In this document: in pieces, positions 47,756 to 58,450 of the stretch
Layout of the letters: every line of letters begins with the position of its first letter
How positions within the stretch are numbered: position 1 is the stretch's first letter
Assembly: GCA_963662315.1 (NCBI GenBank)
Contig: OY759353.1
Location: 416,001-480,000, forward strand
Origin: Geopsychrobacteraceae bacterium
Lineage (GTDB): Bacteria; Desulfobacterota; Desulfuromonadia; Desulfuromonadales; Geopsychrobacteraceae
Length of the DNA stretch: 64,000 nt
Direction of reading: 5' to 3'
The notes under the pieces: model-generated
What the model was told of the DNA's origin: nothing
Database searches by the model: none
The model's input: only the letters and a program-made list of their open reading frames with translations
Made by a program: the position numbers and the translations under genes

Positions 47756-48442
47756 ATGGAAAATATTGTTTCAAAAATTGCAATAATGCTGGTCCCTGCG
47801 TTGTTGGCGGTTATGCTGCATGAGGTTGCGCATGGGTATATTGCCGAGCGTTTTGGTGATCCTACTGCCCGACTGCTTGGCCGTTTGAATTTGAACCCTT
47901 TTAAGCATATTGATCCCCTTGGAACCCTCGCTATCTTCATTATTGGCTTCGGCTGGGCGCGACCAGTTCCGGTTAATCCACGAAATTTCAGACATCCTCA
48001 CCGTGATATGATCTGGGTAGCCTTGGCTGGCCCCGTTGCCAATATCCTGCTGGCGCTTGCTTCGGCCCTGCTGTTGCGCGGATTCGGTCTACTTGACAAT
48101 ACTGGTCTCAGCGCTGCCAGCGGTTATCACTCTTTTTCACGGCCAGTCGAAATGATGCTGGCATTCAGTCTTTACATCAATACGCTGCTGGGGATTTTTA
48201 ACCTGATTCCTATTCCTCCTCTTGATGGTGGTCGGATTCTGGTTGGTATATTGCCACCACGCCAGGCCGTATTGATCAGCCGCCTTGAGCCGTTCGGCTT
48301 TGTTCTGTTGATGGCGTTGATTTTTCTGACTGATATCTGGTCAATTGTTCTGTCTCCCATTATCCATTTTCTGGTGATTTTACTGTCCGGTCCGCAGATC
48401 GACATTGTGCAGCAAGCGATGAATTTCCTTTTTGGTCACTGA
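47756..48442 (+). CDS. Site-2 protease (M50) family protein
   Basis: HEVAH, AGP and FNLIPIPPLDG. Confidence 0.93.
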   Translation: MENIVSKIAIMLVPALLAVMLHEVAHGYIAERFGDPTARLLGRLNLNPFKHIDPLGTLAIFIIGFGWARPVPVNPRNFRHPHRDMIWVALAGPVANILLALASALLLRGFGLLDNTGLSAASGYHSFSRPVEMMLAFSLYINTLLGIFNLIPIPPLDGGRILVGILPPRQAVLISRLEPFGFVLLMALIFLTDIWSIVLSPIIHFLVILLSGPQIDIVQQAMNFLFGH

Positions 48443-48447
48443 TATTC

Positions 48448-49218
48448 ATGGCAATTGAGATCCTTATTGATAATTTTTCTGGTCCTTTGGATCTTTTGTT
48501 GCTCCTTATTAAATCAAACGAAATGGATGTCTATGATATCCGAATTGTTGAAATAACTGAACAATATCTAAGTGTTATTGAAAAAATGAAGCAGCTCGAT
48601 CTTGATGTTGCGGGAGAGTTTCTGCTTATGGCGGCTACTTTGACCCATATTAAATCAAGAATGCTGCTTCCTTCGAGTGAAGATCTTGAAGAAGAAGAGG
48701 GGGAAGACCCGCGCGCTGAATTAGTCCGTCGTTTGCTTGAATATCAGCGTTATAAAGAAGCTGCCAGCCTGTTTGAACAGTTACCCCAGCTGCAACGTGA
48801 TTTTTTCCTGGGGGAAGGTGCCCTTGCCGAAATCATTGAAATGGAGACTGCAAGCGGTGAAGATCTGACGGTTGGTATTTATCAATTGGCAGAGGCCTTT
48901 CGGAAAGTGTTGCAAGATCGGCCACGGGAGGTTTTCCATGAGGTTGTCCGCGAGCCCCTTTCTGTGGCCCAGTATATCCGCAAAGTCGCCCGCGAGTTGG
49001 CGGAAAAGCACCGGATCGCTTTTCATGATTTTTTCAGCAGCAATACGTCCAGAAATGAGATGATAGTCACTTTCCTGGCTATGTTGGAACTGGTAAAAAT
49101 GCGCTATGTCGATATTGACCAGGCCACAGAGTTCGGTTCAATCTGGCTGGTTCTTAAAGCAGATGTCAGCATGATTGAACGACTGTCTGCTGAAGAGGAG
49201 AGTTTAGGTTATGGCTAA
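48448..49218 (+). CDS. scpA: Segregation and condensation protein A
   Basis: FSGPLDLLL, IKSRMLLP and FLAMLEL. Confidence 0.95.
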   Translation: MAIEILIDNFSGPLDLLLLLIKSNEMDVYDIRIVEITEQYLSVIEKMKQLDLDVAGEFLLMAATLTHIKSRMLLPSSEDLEEEEGEDPRAELVRRLLEYQRYKEAASLFEQLPQLQRDFFLGEGALAEIIEMETASGEDLTVGIYQLAEAFRKVLQDRPREVFHEVVREPLSVAQYIRKVARELAEKHRIAFHDFFSSNTSRNEMIVTFLAMLELVKMRYVDIDQATEFGSIWLVLKADVSMIERLSAEEESLGYG

Positions 49219-49771
49219 TCTCAAAGCACTGGTTGAGGCTTATATTTTTGCTTCAGATGGCCCCATGACTCTCGACCGTCTATGTCTGCTGATGGAATGC
49301 TCCAGGGCTGAAGTAAGACCGATTGTCGCAGGTCTTGTTGATGATTACAGCCAGGGAGAAAGGGGCTTTCGCCTTTATCAGGTTGCCGGTGGTTATCAGT
49401 TTCGGACCGATCCTGACTTCGCTCCGGCTTTGCGTAAGCTTTCTAAGGAGCGAAGTGTTCGTTTCTCTGCCGCTGCATTAGAAACGTTGGCGATTATAGC
49501 CTATCGACAGCCCATCACGCGTGCCGAGATAGAGTATTTGCGTGGTGTTGACTCCGGAGGAGTGGTTAAGGCTTTGCTGGAAAGAAATCTATTACGTATT
49601 TTGGGCAAAAAAGATGTCCCGGGGCGTCCTTTACTGTATGGTACCAGCCGCCAGTTTCTGGAATTTTTCAGTTTGAAAGATTTGAATGATCTGCCGACTC
49701 TTAAAGAGTTTGCCAGCCTCGATACCGAGCTGGTCGAGGCCGATCCCCTGCCACCACAATCAGAAGGGTAG
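49211..49771 (+). CDS. scpB: Segregation and condensation protein B
   Basis: ALETLAIIAYRQPITR and PGRPLLYGT. Confidence 0.96.
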   Translation: MANLKALVEAYIFASDGPMTLDRLCLLMECSRAEVRPIVAGLVDDYSQGERGFRLYQVAGGYQFRTDPDFAPALRKLSKERSVRFSAAALETLAIIAYRQPITRAEIEYLRGVDSGGVVKALLERNLLRILGKKDVPGRPLLYGTSRQFLEFFSLKDLNDLPTLKEFASLDTELVEADPLPPQSEG

Positions 49772-49775
49772 TTTC

Positions 49776-50483
49776 ATGGCAGAACGTTTACAAAAGTTAA
49801 TAGCTCAGGCGGGCATGGCCTCCCGGCGTCAGGCTGAAGACTGGATTGCCGAAGGGCGGGTCTCGGTTAACGGGCATGTTGCTGTTGTTGGTGAAAAAGC
49901 TGATCCCACGCGTGACGTGATAGAGGTTGATGGGCGGCAAATTTTAGGCACTGAAAAAAAGATAACAATTCTTCTTAATAAGCCGCGGGGTTATATTTCG
50001 ACCTTGAGTGATCCGCAGGGACGACGCCTGGTGACGGACCTGATCGCAGATATCCCAGAACGCCTGTATCCTGTTGGACGGCTTGATTTCAACACGGAAG
50101 GATTGCTATTGCTGACCAATGATGGAGAATTGTCGTTGAGGTTGACCCACCCACGGCATCACGTCAGTAAAACCTACCTGGTTAAAGTGCAAGGAACTCT
50201 CTCGTCAGCTATGGCGGCCAGGTTAAGTCGCGGGGTTGTGATTGATGGCTATAAGACCGCTCCGGCCAAGGTTGATCATATTCGCTCTGCTGGTACCTCC
50301 TGCTGGTTTGAATTGACGATTCGTGAAGGTAAAAACCGTCAGGTGAGGAAAATGTGTGAAAGTGTCGGGTTGTCGGTCGTTCGCTTAAAGCGCATTCGTA
50401 TTGATTTTCTCGATCTCGGTGACCTGGCCATTGGCAAGTATAGATTCCTCTCGGAGCCAGAGATTCAGCGGCTCAAACAGTAA
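49776..50483 (+). CDS. rluB: Pseudouridine synthase, RsuA/RluB family
   Basis: ERLQK S4 domain, PVGRLD and EGKNRQVR. Confidence 0.9.
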   Translation: MAERLQKLIAQAGMASRRQAEDWIAEGRVSVNGHVAVVGEKADPTRDVIEVDGRQILGTEKKITILLNKPRGYISTLSDPQGRRLVTDLIADIPERLYPVGRLDFNTEGLLLLTNDGELSLRLTHPRHHVSKTYLVKVQGTLSSAMAARLSRGVVIDGYKTAPAKVDHIRSAGTSCWFELTIREGKNRQVRKMCESVGLSVVRLKRIRIDFLDLGDLAIGKYRFLSEPEIQRLKQ

Positions 50484-50669
50484 GGTACACAAGATTAAAT
50501 ATTAGACTTTCCTTAAGACCAGTGCTATATTTAGTACTTAGCAATAAATGAATTAATTTTTCAGAACTAAAAAGATGACCTTTATTATTTAGATACAGTG
50601 CGTTTGCGTATCTTTAGTCGAATTTAATGGCGAATTGTCTTCTTTTTACGTATCTCCCGGAGTTTTGCT

Positions 50670-52811
50670 TTGGCGACGAATAAAGATAAATTATTAGAAT
50701 CAGCACAAAAAAATTTGAAGAAAAAGCAGATTCCTAAGGCTATCAAGGATTATGCTAAAATCGTTGAAATTGATCCTGCTGATGTCCGGTCACGCCAAAA
50801 ACTTGCGGAACTCTACGTTCGCACGAATAAAAATGCCGAAGCGTACGAACATCTTGAAGCCGTTGCTAAATATTTTTCAAGTAACGGTTTCTACCTGAAA
50901 GCAATTGCTATTTATAAGCAGATGCAACGCCTTGACCCTGGTCAGGTGTCCTTGATGAACCGACTCGCCGAACTGAATGAGAAGCAGGGCCTGATCGGTG
51001 ATGCCATGGCAGAATACCGCAAGCTGGTTGACTACTATGAACGTAATGGCATGGTGGCCGATGAGATTAAAACCCTCGAGAAAATGACCGAGCTGGATAT
51101 CAATAATCTCAATGTGCGGGTAAAGCTCGCCGAAGTCTATGCGGTTAATGAGCGCCTTGAAGATGGTCTGGATGAATTAGAGTCGGTTCTGAAGATATTT
51201 ACCGAAAGAGGTGATTTCGATAAAATTCTTAAACTCTACAAAATGTTTCTGCCGTATTTTCCGGATAACAAAAAGCTTAAGATGGGGCTGGCCAAGGCTT
51301 TTTATCAAAAGGGAGATTACGGTCGTGGTGTTATCATTGTGGAGAGTTTGCTTAAAGACAAGCCTGAAGATCCTGACCTGTTGCGACTGGTCGCTAAAGG
51401 TTACACTGCTCAGGAGGACTGGGATAAAGCGCTCGACTATAATCAGCAATTACTCGCTCTTGACCCTACCGATCTTGATGTTCGTGAAGCAATTATAAAG
51501 GTTGAGTTCGGAGCTCGACAGTATGAGCGTGTGCTGTCTTTGCTTGAAGAGTGGAAGGACGGTTTTCTGAAGGCTGATGGCCTTCAGCGTCTTAAGAATT
51601 ATTATGAAATTCTCAAAGAAAAACTTGATGCAAACCGGGTTGTTCTGGACACCCTGGACTCCATCTACGAATTGACTGGTGACAGTGATAAATTGCTCGA
51701 CATCATTTCTGTTGTCGAACATGGCTCTGCTGACGACGGTGAGGAGCAGACCATTTCTGATTCTTTACTCGGTTCTGTTGATGATGACATCGCCAGTGAT
51801 GATATTGATCTTTTAGCTGGGGACGAAAGCTTCACAGTGCCTGTCGTGGAGGAAGAGGAAATCGATCTTGAGCTGGAATCTTTTGATACTGAACTGACTT
51901 TTGATTCTGATCTTGAAAGCTCTGCACCAGAAACTGAAGCAGTTATCGAGCTGCATGGCGATGATGATATCGATTTTTCAACAGGCAGTGATGCTGCTGA
52001 AGACGATGACTTTTTATTTGCATTTGACGAAGAAGATGAGGTTTCGTCAGGTGCTCAGCCCGTCTCGGGCAATCTGCAGGCAGATCTTGAAGAGGCTGAG
52101 TTTTATCTGCAGCAGGGGTTGCTCGAGGAAGCGCGTAAATTGTGTGAGACTGTACTTGGTTACGCCCCCAACAGCCAGGAGTGCCTCGCCAAACTTGCTG
52201 AAATCCAAAAACAGCAGGATGCCAGCGCTGCAGCTGATAGCTCTGTTTCGGGCTCCAATGCCATGCAAAATCTGTTTTCTGAAGATTTTGATGATTTTGA
52301 TTTCAATGTTACCGGGGAGCACAGCGGCCAATCTTCTGCGGAAAGTAAGGTGTTCAGAACGGATGTCGATGAGCAGATTGCCGCCGATGATATGGAATCG
52401 CATTATAATCTCGGTATCGCTTACCGTGAGATGGGTTTACTTGATGATGCGATCAGTGAATTTTCCAAAGCGGAAAAAGATCCCAAGCGCTATGTCGATT
52501 GTCAGACTTTAAAGGGGCTGAGCTATGCGGATAAAGGGGATTTCCCCAACGCTGAGATTATGTTTCAACAGGCTCTCGATTCCCCTTACCTGGAAGACCT
52601 CCAGCATATGAACCTGTGTTACGAGCTTGGTCTTCTGTACGAGCGATCAGGACGAATCAATGATGCACTGATTAGTTATCAAGATGTTCTTTCACAGGAT
52701 AGCAACTACCGCGATATCCGTGATAAGGTTAATTTTTTAAAAACAACACTGGGTATTCCTGAGGACAATTCAGTGCCAGAAACAAACAAGGAGCGTATCT
52801 CCTTCCTGTAA
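50670..52811 (+). CDS. TPR-repeat protein with long acidic linker
   Basis: N-terminal TPR array, D/E-rich central region and C-terminal HYNLGIAYREMGL TPRs. Confidence 0.88.
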   Translation: MATNKDKLLESAQKNLKKKQIPKAIKDYAKIVEIDPADVRSRQKLAELYVRTNKNAEAYEHLEAVAKYFSSNGFYLKAIAIYKQMQRLDPGQVSLMNRLAELNEKQGLIGDAMAEYRKLVDYYERNGMVADEIKTLEKMTELDINNLNVRVKLAEVYAVNERLEDGLDELESVLKIFTERGDFDKILKLYKMFLPYFPDNKKLKMGLAKAFYQKGDYGRGVIIVESLLKDKPEDPDLLRLVAKGYTAQEDWDKALDYNQQLLALDPTDLDVREAIIKVEFGARQYERVLSLLEEWKDGFLKADGLQRLKNYYEILKEKLDANRVVLDTLDSIYELTGDSDKLLDIISVVEHGSADDGEEQTISDSLLGSVDDDIASDDIDLLAGDESFTVPVVEEEEIDLELESFDTELTFDSDLESSAPETEAVIELHGDDDIDFSTGSDAAEDDDFLFAFDEEDEVSSGAQPVSGNLQADLEEAEFYLQQGLLEEARKLCETVLGYAPNSQECLAKLAEIQKQQDASAAADSSVSGSNAMQNLFSEDFDDFDFNVTGEHSGQSSAESKVFRTDVDEQIAADDMESHYNLGIAYREMGLLDDAISEFSKAEKDPKRYVDCQTLKGLSYADKGDFPNAEIMFQQALDSPYLEDLQHMNLCYELGLLYERSGRINDALISYQDVLSQDSNYRDIRDKVNFLKTTLGIPEDNSVPETNKERISFL

Positions 52812-52846
52812 ATGAATCTTGGCGATCTGCTATTCCGGAGTTTTGA

Positions 52847-53797
52847 ATGGGTTACACAGACTACTTTAAGTTCGACCGCGAGCCTTTTTCCAACGCACCA
52901 AATGACAGATTCTATTTTGCCAGTGATCAGCACAATCAGGCTTTGCTGCGTCTGAAATATTCCATAGATACAGACAAAGGTTTGGCCGTGTTGGTCGGAG
53001 GCGTCGGCACCGGGAAAACGACTCTAGCCAGGCGCATGCTGGATAATCTGCCGATTGAAAAATACGAGTCTTCATTGCTGGTCATGATTCATTCGGCAGT
53101 CACTCCCGAGTGGATTCTGTCCCGTATCTGTATGCAGCTGGGAGTCAAAAATCCAGATCTCAGTCCGTTGAAGATGTTGAAACAGCTCTACGAGCGTTTG
53201 ATCGAGATCGAAAAAGAAGGGCGTAAGGCCGTCGTTCTTATCGATGAGGCTCAAATGCTGCAGACCCGTGAAATGATGGAAGAGTTCAGAGGTCTTCTGA
53301 ATCTTGAAATCCCTGGGAAGAAACTCCTTAATATCGTGTTTTTTGGCCTTCCTGAGCTGAACAATATCATGAAGCTTGATGAGCCTCTGGCCCAGAGAGT
53401 GGCTTTTAAGTATACTCTAAAGCCTTTGAGTTACGAAGATTCGCAGCGCTATATAAGTTATCGACTTAATGTCAGTGGTGCCTTGCAGTCACCGTTTGCA
53501 CCTGAATGTTTGCCACTGATTCATCGCTACTCCGGCGGGGTGCCGCGCTTAATAAATACGCTTTGCGATAATGCCTTGTTTGAAGCTTTTCTGCGTCGCG
53601 ATGAAGTCATTATGCCTGGCATCATCAGTAATGTCGCAGAGGACCTTGGCCTGCTCGATCCGGAATTTGATCTTGCACCTCCCCAGGAGATTGCGGAAAA
53701 TGATTTTTCCGATGTTCTGAGTGACGATGACGGGGTGGATGCCGCGGTTGATGATGATGACTTGGAAATATTTTTCGACGAAATACAGGAAAAATAA
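52847..53797 (+). CDS. ExeA/GspA-family AAA ATPase
   Basis: PFSNAP, GGVGTGKTT, IDEAQ, GLPEL and GVPRLINTLCD. Confidence 0.9.
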   Translation: MGYTDYFKFDREPFSNAPNDRFYFASDQHNQALLRLKYSIDTDKGLAVLVGGVGTGKTTLARRMLDNLPIEKYESSLLVMIHSAVTPEWILSRICMQLGVKNPDLSPLKMLKQLYERLIEIEKEGRKAVVLIDEAQMLQTREMMEEFRGLLNLEIPGKKLLNIVFFGLPELNNIMKLDEPLAQRVAFKYTLKPLSYEDSQRYISYRLNVSGALQSPFAPECLPLIHRYSGGVPRLINTLCDNALFEAFLRRDEVIMPGIISNVAEDLGLLDPEFDLAPPQEIAENDFSDVLSDDDGVDAAVDDDDLEIFFDEIQEK

Positions 53798-53889
53798 ATT
53801 CGTTTCAGCTATGAAGGACGGTGTGCTGGCGAGCGGAAACATATTCCGCTCGCTTTGTTTTTTTTGATCTCTCACGTAAAAATGATGAC

Positions 53890-55749
53890 ATGAATCCAAA
53901 AATTCACATTTTACCAGAAGCATTGTGCAATCAGATTGCGGCCGGTGAGGTCGTCGAACGCCCTTCCTCGGTTGTCAAAGAACTTCTGGAAAATTCTCTC
54001 GATGCCGGGGCCAATGATATTCTTGTCGAGCTGGAAGCTGGTGGTAAACGGCTCATCAGAATCTCGGACAATGGGTGCGGGATGAATCGACAAGATGCTT
54101 TTCTGGCATTTGAGCGCCATGCGACCAGTAAAATACACACGGCTGAAGATCTGTTTGCTTTGCATACCCTTGGTTTTCGTGGTGAGGCCCTGGCTTCCAT
54201 TGCGTCTGTTTCAAGGCTGAGAATGAAATCCTGCGATTCAGAAAATGGTCTTGGGCAACAGATCTACGCTGAAGCCGGGAAAATAAAGTCTGCTGAAGAA
54301 GTTGGTATGCCAAAGGGGACTGTGATTGAGGTTCGTAACCTATTTTTTAATTTACCGGCACGTAAAAAGTTTTTGCGCAAAGAAGAGACTGAGCTTGGAC
54401 ATGCGGCAGATGTTGTGACCAAACAGGCTCTTGCAAACCCGGGAATCAGTTTCCGTCTGAAGCATAATGATAGAATACTTCTTGAGTTGCGTCGTGAAAA
54501 TGGGCTGAAAGAACGTGTGGCCGCGTTACTGGGGCGATCCCTGCTTAAGGATCTTATTCCTGTTGATAGTGAAGATAGTGATTTGAAACTGACCGGGTTG
54601 ATCTCCCAACCACAGCTCAATCGCTCTGCTCCATCACATATCTATACGTTTATCAATGGTCGTTACATTCGTGATCGTGTTGTGCAGCACGCGGTTATGG
54701 AAGGCTACCGTCACCTGCTGATGAAAGGGCGATACCCTGTTGCCGTGCTGTTTCTTGAGATCGATCCCGGCAAAGTTGATGTTAACGTTCATCCAACCAA
54801 GCATGAGGTCCGGTTTCGTGAACAGTCGTTAGTGCATGACTTTATTGCGGTTACTTTGCAGCAGACCCTGCGACCTGCGACCTGGGTTGCTGAGACCGAA
54901 TCTGATTCCGGCTCTCAATCTCATGTGCCCCCGGAGCCGTTATCTGAGGTATCAAGGGTTTTTTCTTCAGAGGCTTCTCACGGACCGGCGTCTTTAGCGG
55001 AACATGTTGGAGAATTTACGCTCAGTTATACGACAGCTCCACAGGTTCATTCTGTACCTGCAGTTCCTTCACCCGATCCATATGCCTTGGGACAGAAACC
55101 TTCTGTTTCTGTTAATTCAGGCAACGATGCTGTGCAGGAACGGCTTCCTGTGGATGAAGCGGTCGGCTTTTTCAGTAGCCTTAAAATAATTGGGCAATAT
55201 CATCAAAGCTATATCCTGTGCCAAGACCGCGAGGATCTGATCCTGATTGATCAGCATGCTGCCCACGAAAGGGTCGGTTTTGAAAAATTGCGCAACGCGT
55301 ATAGCGCCGGAAAAATTCCCAGCCAGGCGTTGCTATTTCCTGAAATTCTTGAACTTGATTTTAACAGCAGTAATGCACTTGCCCAGCAGGCAGATGAGTT
55401 GCTTATGCTCGGCTTTGAAATAGAACCATTTGGCGGCAATTCTTTTGCTCTTAAGGCTGTCCCGCAGTTGCTCGGGCATCAGTCTGCTGTTAAGCTGGTT
55501 ATCGATGTTGCTGTTGAACTTGAACGAGTCGGAAAAACTGGCCAATTGCGTGATTCGATTGATGAAGTGCTTATCATGATGGCCTGTCACAGCGTGATCC
55601 GTGCCAACCAGGCTCTTTCAACCATAGAGATAAAAGCTCTATTTTCTGACTTGGACGCGATCGATTTTAAGGCAAATTGTCCCCACGGACGACCCGTCTT
55701 GCAGCGTTTGAGTCTGGCTGAAGTTGAACGGATGTTCAGGCGTCATTGA
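53890..55749 (+). CDS. mutL: DNA mismatch repair endonuclease MutL
   Basis: IAAGEVVERP, GFRGEALASI, DQHAAHERVGFE endonuclease motif and CPHGRP. Confidence 0.97.
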   Translation: MNPKIHILPEALCNQIAAGEVVERPSSVVKELLENSLDAGANDILVELEAGGKRLIRISDNGCGMNRQDAFLAFERHATSKIHTAEDLFALHTLGFRGEALASIASVSRLRMKSCDSENGLGQQIYAEAGKIKSAEEVGMPKGTVIEVRNLFFNLPARKKFLRKEETELGHAADVVTKQALANPGISFRLKHNDRILLELRRENGLKERVAALLGRSLLKDLIPVDSEDSDLKLTGLISQPQLNRSAPSHIYTFINGRYIRDRVVQHAVMEGYRHLLMKGRYPVAVLFLEIDPGKVDVNVHPTKHEVRFREQSLVHDFIAVTLQQTLRPATWVAETESDSGSQSHVPPEPLSEVSRVFSSEASHGPASLAEHVGEFTLSYTTAPQVHSVPAVPSPDPYALGQKPSVSVNSGNDAVQERLPVDEAVGFFSSLKIIGQYHQSYILCQDREDLILIDQHAAHERVGFEKLRNAYSAGKIPSQALLFPEILELDFNSSNALAQQADELLMLGFEIEPFGGNSFALKAVPQLLGHQSAVKLVIDVAVELERVGKTGQLRDSIDEVLIMMACHSVIRANQALSTIEIKALFSDLDAIDFKANCPHGRPVLQRLSLAEVERMFRRH

Positions 55750-55750
55750 C

Positions 55751-56686
55751 ATGATGGGACATCTAGTTAAAAAGCCTAAAGTTATTGTTGTCTGTGGCCC
55801 GACCGGTTCAGGCAAAACCTCCCTGGCCATGAGTTTGGCTCAGAAATTTCCGATAGAGGTGATCTCTGCGGATTCTCGGCAGGTGTATCGGTTGATGGAC
55901 ATCGGTACCGCAAAGGCGACAGCAGAAGAACAGGCGGCTGTACGTCATCATATGATCGATCTGATTGATCCTGATCAGGAATTTTCTGTTGCTGAATTTG
56001 TTGATCAGGCTCGACCGCTTATCGGGGAGATAACAGCAAGAGGGTGCATCCCTTGTGTTGTCGGTGGTACGGGCCTGTATATAAGGGCTCTGCTTGGGGG
56101 ATTGGCTGATTTGCCTCATGGCGATCATGCGTTGCGGCAGCATCTGCATGAACGGGAACAGAATGAAGGGGCGGGGACGTTGTTCCGGGAATTGCAAAGC
56201 ATCGATCCGCTTGCTGCTGAAGTGATCCACCCGCATAACTTGGTGCGTATTGTCAGGGCTCTTGAGGTCTTTCAATTAACCGGGAAGCGGATGTCTGAAC
56301 TTAAGGATGCGCATCAGTTTGGGCAACAAAACTATGATGTAATAAAATTTGCTTACAATTATCCGCGGGAAGAGTTGTTTGCCAGAATAAATGCCCGGAC
56401 TCTGCAGATGTTTGATGATGGTTTAGTGGCTGAAGTTGAGGCGTTGGTCAATAAATATTCTTTTTCACTAAAATCATTACAAACACTTGGCTATAGAGAA
56501 GTTTTACGCTATTTAAAGGACGAAATCTCTGCAGAACAGATGGTTTCAGATGTGCAAAAGTTCACCAGACACTACGCAAAACGGCAGTTAACGTGGTTTC
56601 GTACTGAACCTGAAATAATTTGGGTTGATTCCACAAATGAGTCTGGTAAAGTGATACAATCCATTGATAATTATATACTTCGTTAA
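55751..56686 (+). CDS. miaA: tRNA dimethylallyltransferase
   Basis: GPTGSGKT, SADSRQVY, GGTGLY and YAKRQLTWF. Confidence 0.97.
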   Translation: MMGHLVKKPKVIVVCGPTGSGKTSLAMSLAQKFPIEVISADSRQVYRLMDIGTAKATAEEQAAVRHHMIDLIDPDQEFSVAEFVDQARPLIGEITARGCIPCVVGGTGLYIRALLGGLADLPHGDHALRQHLHEREQNEGAGTLFRELQSIDPLAAEVIHPHNLVRIVRALEVFQLTGKRMSELKDAHQFGQQNYDVIKFAYNYPREELFARINARTLQMFDDGLVAEVEALVNKYSFSLKSLQTLGYREVLRYLKDEISAEQMVSDVQKFTRHYAKRQLTWFRTEPEIIWVDSTNESGKVIQSIDNYILR

Positions 56687-56696
56687 AGGAGCGGAC

Positions 56697-56930
56697 ATGC
56701 CTAAATCACCATTTAATATTCAGGACCAGTATCTGAATCAAGCTCGCAAGGAGCGGGTTAAAGTTTCCATTGTAATGATGTCAGGTGAAACCTTTGTTGG
56801 TTATATTAAGTCGTTCGACAGTTTTTGTATTCTTGCAGAGAGTGAAGGGGACATACTGATTTACAAGCATGCCGTTAGTACGATTACGTCTCTGGACGGA
56901 ACCTTCCGCCTGCATGGCGGGCGTGATTAA
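56697..56930 (+). CDS. hfq: RNA chaperone Hfq
   Basis: IQDQYLN, SFD and IYKHAVST; follows miaA. Confidence 0.93.
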   Translation: MPKSPFNIQDQYLNQARKERVKVSIVMMSGETFVGYIKSFDSFCILAESEGDILIYKHAVSTITSLDGTFRLHGGRD

Positions 56931-56954
56931 ATTAGCCTCATCCGAAACGATATC

Positions 56955-57000
56955 CAGGCAGGGGGTGGTACTGAACAGTGCTACCCCCTGTTTGTTTTTT
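56955..57000 (+). terminator. Intrinsic terminator after hfq
   Basis: CAGGGGGTGGTAC/GTGCTACCCCCTG stem plus T-rich tail. Confidence 0.8.
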
Positions 57001-57124
57001 AGTCGCCCTGTTAGCTATTGAATTCCGTGAAATGCTATAATGGCTATCTTAAGTTGTGATTGTAGCGAAATAGGGAAGATCTTATGGTGGGAATTTTGGG
57101 ATATCCTGCCGGGAAACGCATACC

Positions 57125-58438
57125 ATGATTAAAATAGAAACAGTCGCTTCAAGAAGTTATGCAGCCGAGATGGGGTTGACCCCGGGTGATAAAATTCTGT
57201 CAATCAACGGACATCCCGTTACCGACATTCTCGATTATCATCTTCGTATCAATTGTCAGCAGCTTAACCTGGAAATATTACACGATGAGGAAATCTGGGA
57301 GCTGAGTATTGAAAAGGATGAGGAAGAAGATTTTGGTGTCGAAGTTGAACATCCCCAGCCTCGACAATGTGGCAACCAGTGCCAGTTTTGCTTTGTTCAC
57401 CAGTTGCCCAAGGGCCTGCGTAAAACCCTCTATATAAAAGACGAAGACTACCGGTTTTCTTATCTGTATGGGTCATATATCACGTTGACGAATCTGACTG
57501 AAGAGGAGGTACAGCGTATAATTGACCTGCAGCTGTCTCCTTTGTATGTGTCTGTTCACGCGTCCGACCATGTCCTGAGGAAACAGCTGCTTGGGGTTTC
57601 AACTCCTGATGTTATGCCTGTGATCAAGCGGTTGACAGAAGCGGGAATTGTTCTCCACTGTCAAGTTGTTTTGTGTCCGGGGTTAAATGACGGTACGGCT
57701 CTTCAACAGACCATTAGAGATCTTGGCACCCTGTTTCCCGGTGTCGCTTCTCTGGCCGTGGTTCCGGTTGGCCTGACCCGCTATCGGCAGAAATTACCTG
57801 AGCTTAACAGGGTTACAGAGGTTACTGCCGGAGATTGTCTGGATGTCATTGAGGACAATCAGCAGCGCTTTATAACGAAACTGGGGACTCGGTTCGTTTT
57901 TGCCGCTGATGAATTTTATCTCAAAGCCAAAAGGGATGTCCCGGATGTTGGGCACTATGAAGATTTTTATCAGTTGGAAAATGGTATCGGAATGATTGCC
58001 CAGTTCAGGCAACAGGCAGATGAAGTGCTTCTGGAGGCTGAGCCACTTGATGGTGGCCTGATTTCATTGGTTTGCGGCGTTTCTTTCGCTGGTGAGCTGC
58101 AGGCCTTTGCCTCACGAATGACTTTACGGACCGGTGTTAACCTGCAGGTTATTACTGTTCTTAACGACTTTTTCGGTTCTGAAGTAACTGTTTCAGGCCT
58201 GGTAACAGGACAGGATCTGATCAGTCAACTCAGGAACGTTGATTTGGGGGATGGGCTGTTTATCCCCGATGTAATGCTCAGAAATGGAGCGGATGAGTTT
58301 CTTGATGATGTCAGCGTCAGTGATGTTGAGAATGAACTAGGGGTTCCCGTACACATTGTTGACAGTTCCCCCTGGGGGATTCTTGAAGGATTGGAAGTGT
58401 TTGCCGAAGGGCCGGAGATTATCCACTGCCGAGAATAA
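57125..58438 (+). CDS. PDZ-domain Fe-S/radical-SAM-like protein (DUF512)
   Basis: N-terminal PDZ, CGNQCQFCFVHQLP, KDEDYRFS and QLENGIG. Confidence 0.9.
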   Translation: MIKIETVASRSYAAEMGLTPGDKILSINGHPVTDILDYHLRINCQQLNLEILHDEEIWELSIEKDEEEDFGVEVEHPQPRQCGNQCQFCFVHQLPKGLRKTLYIKDEDYRFSYLYGSYITLTNLTEEEVQRIIDLQLSPLYVSVHASDHVLRKQLLGVSTPDVMPVIKRLTEAGIVLHCQVVLCPGLNDGTALQQTIRDLGTLFPGVASLAVVPVGLTRYRQKLPELNRVTEVTAGDCLDVIEDNQQRFITKLGTRFVFAADEFYLKAKRDVPDVGHYEDFYQLENGIGMIAQFRQQADEVLLEAEPLDGGLISLVCGVSFAGELQAFASRMTLRTGVNLQVITVLNDFFGSEVTVSGLVTGQDLISQLRNVDLGDGLFIPDVMLRNGADEFLDDVSVSDVENELGVPVHIVDSSPWGILEGLEVFAEGPEIIHCRE

Positions 58439-58450
58439 CAGGTTATCAAA

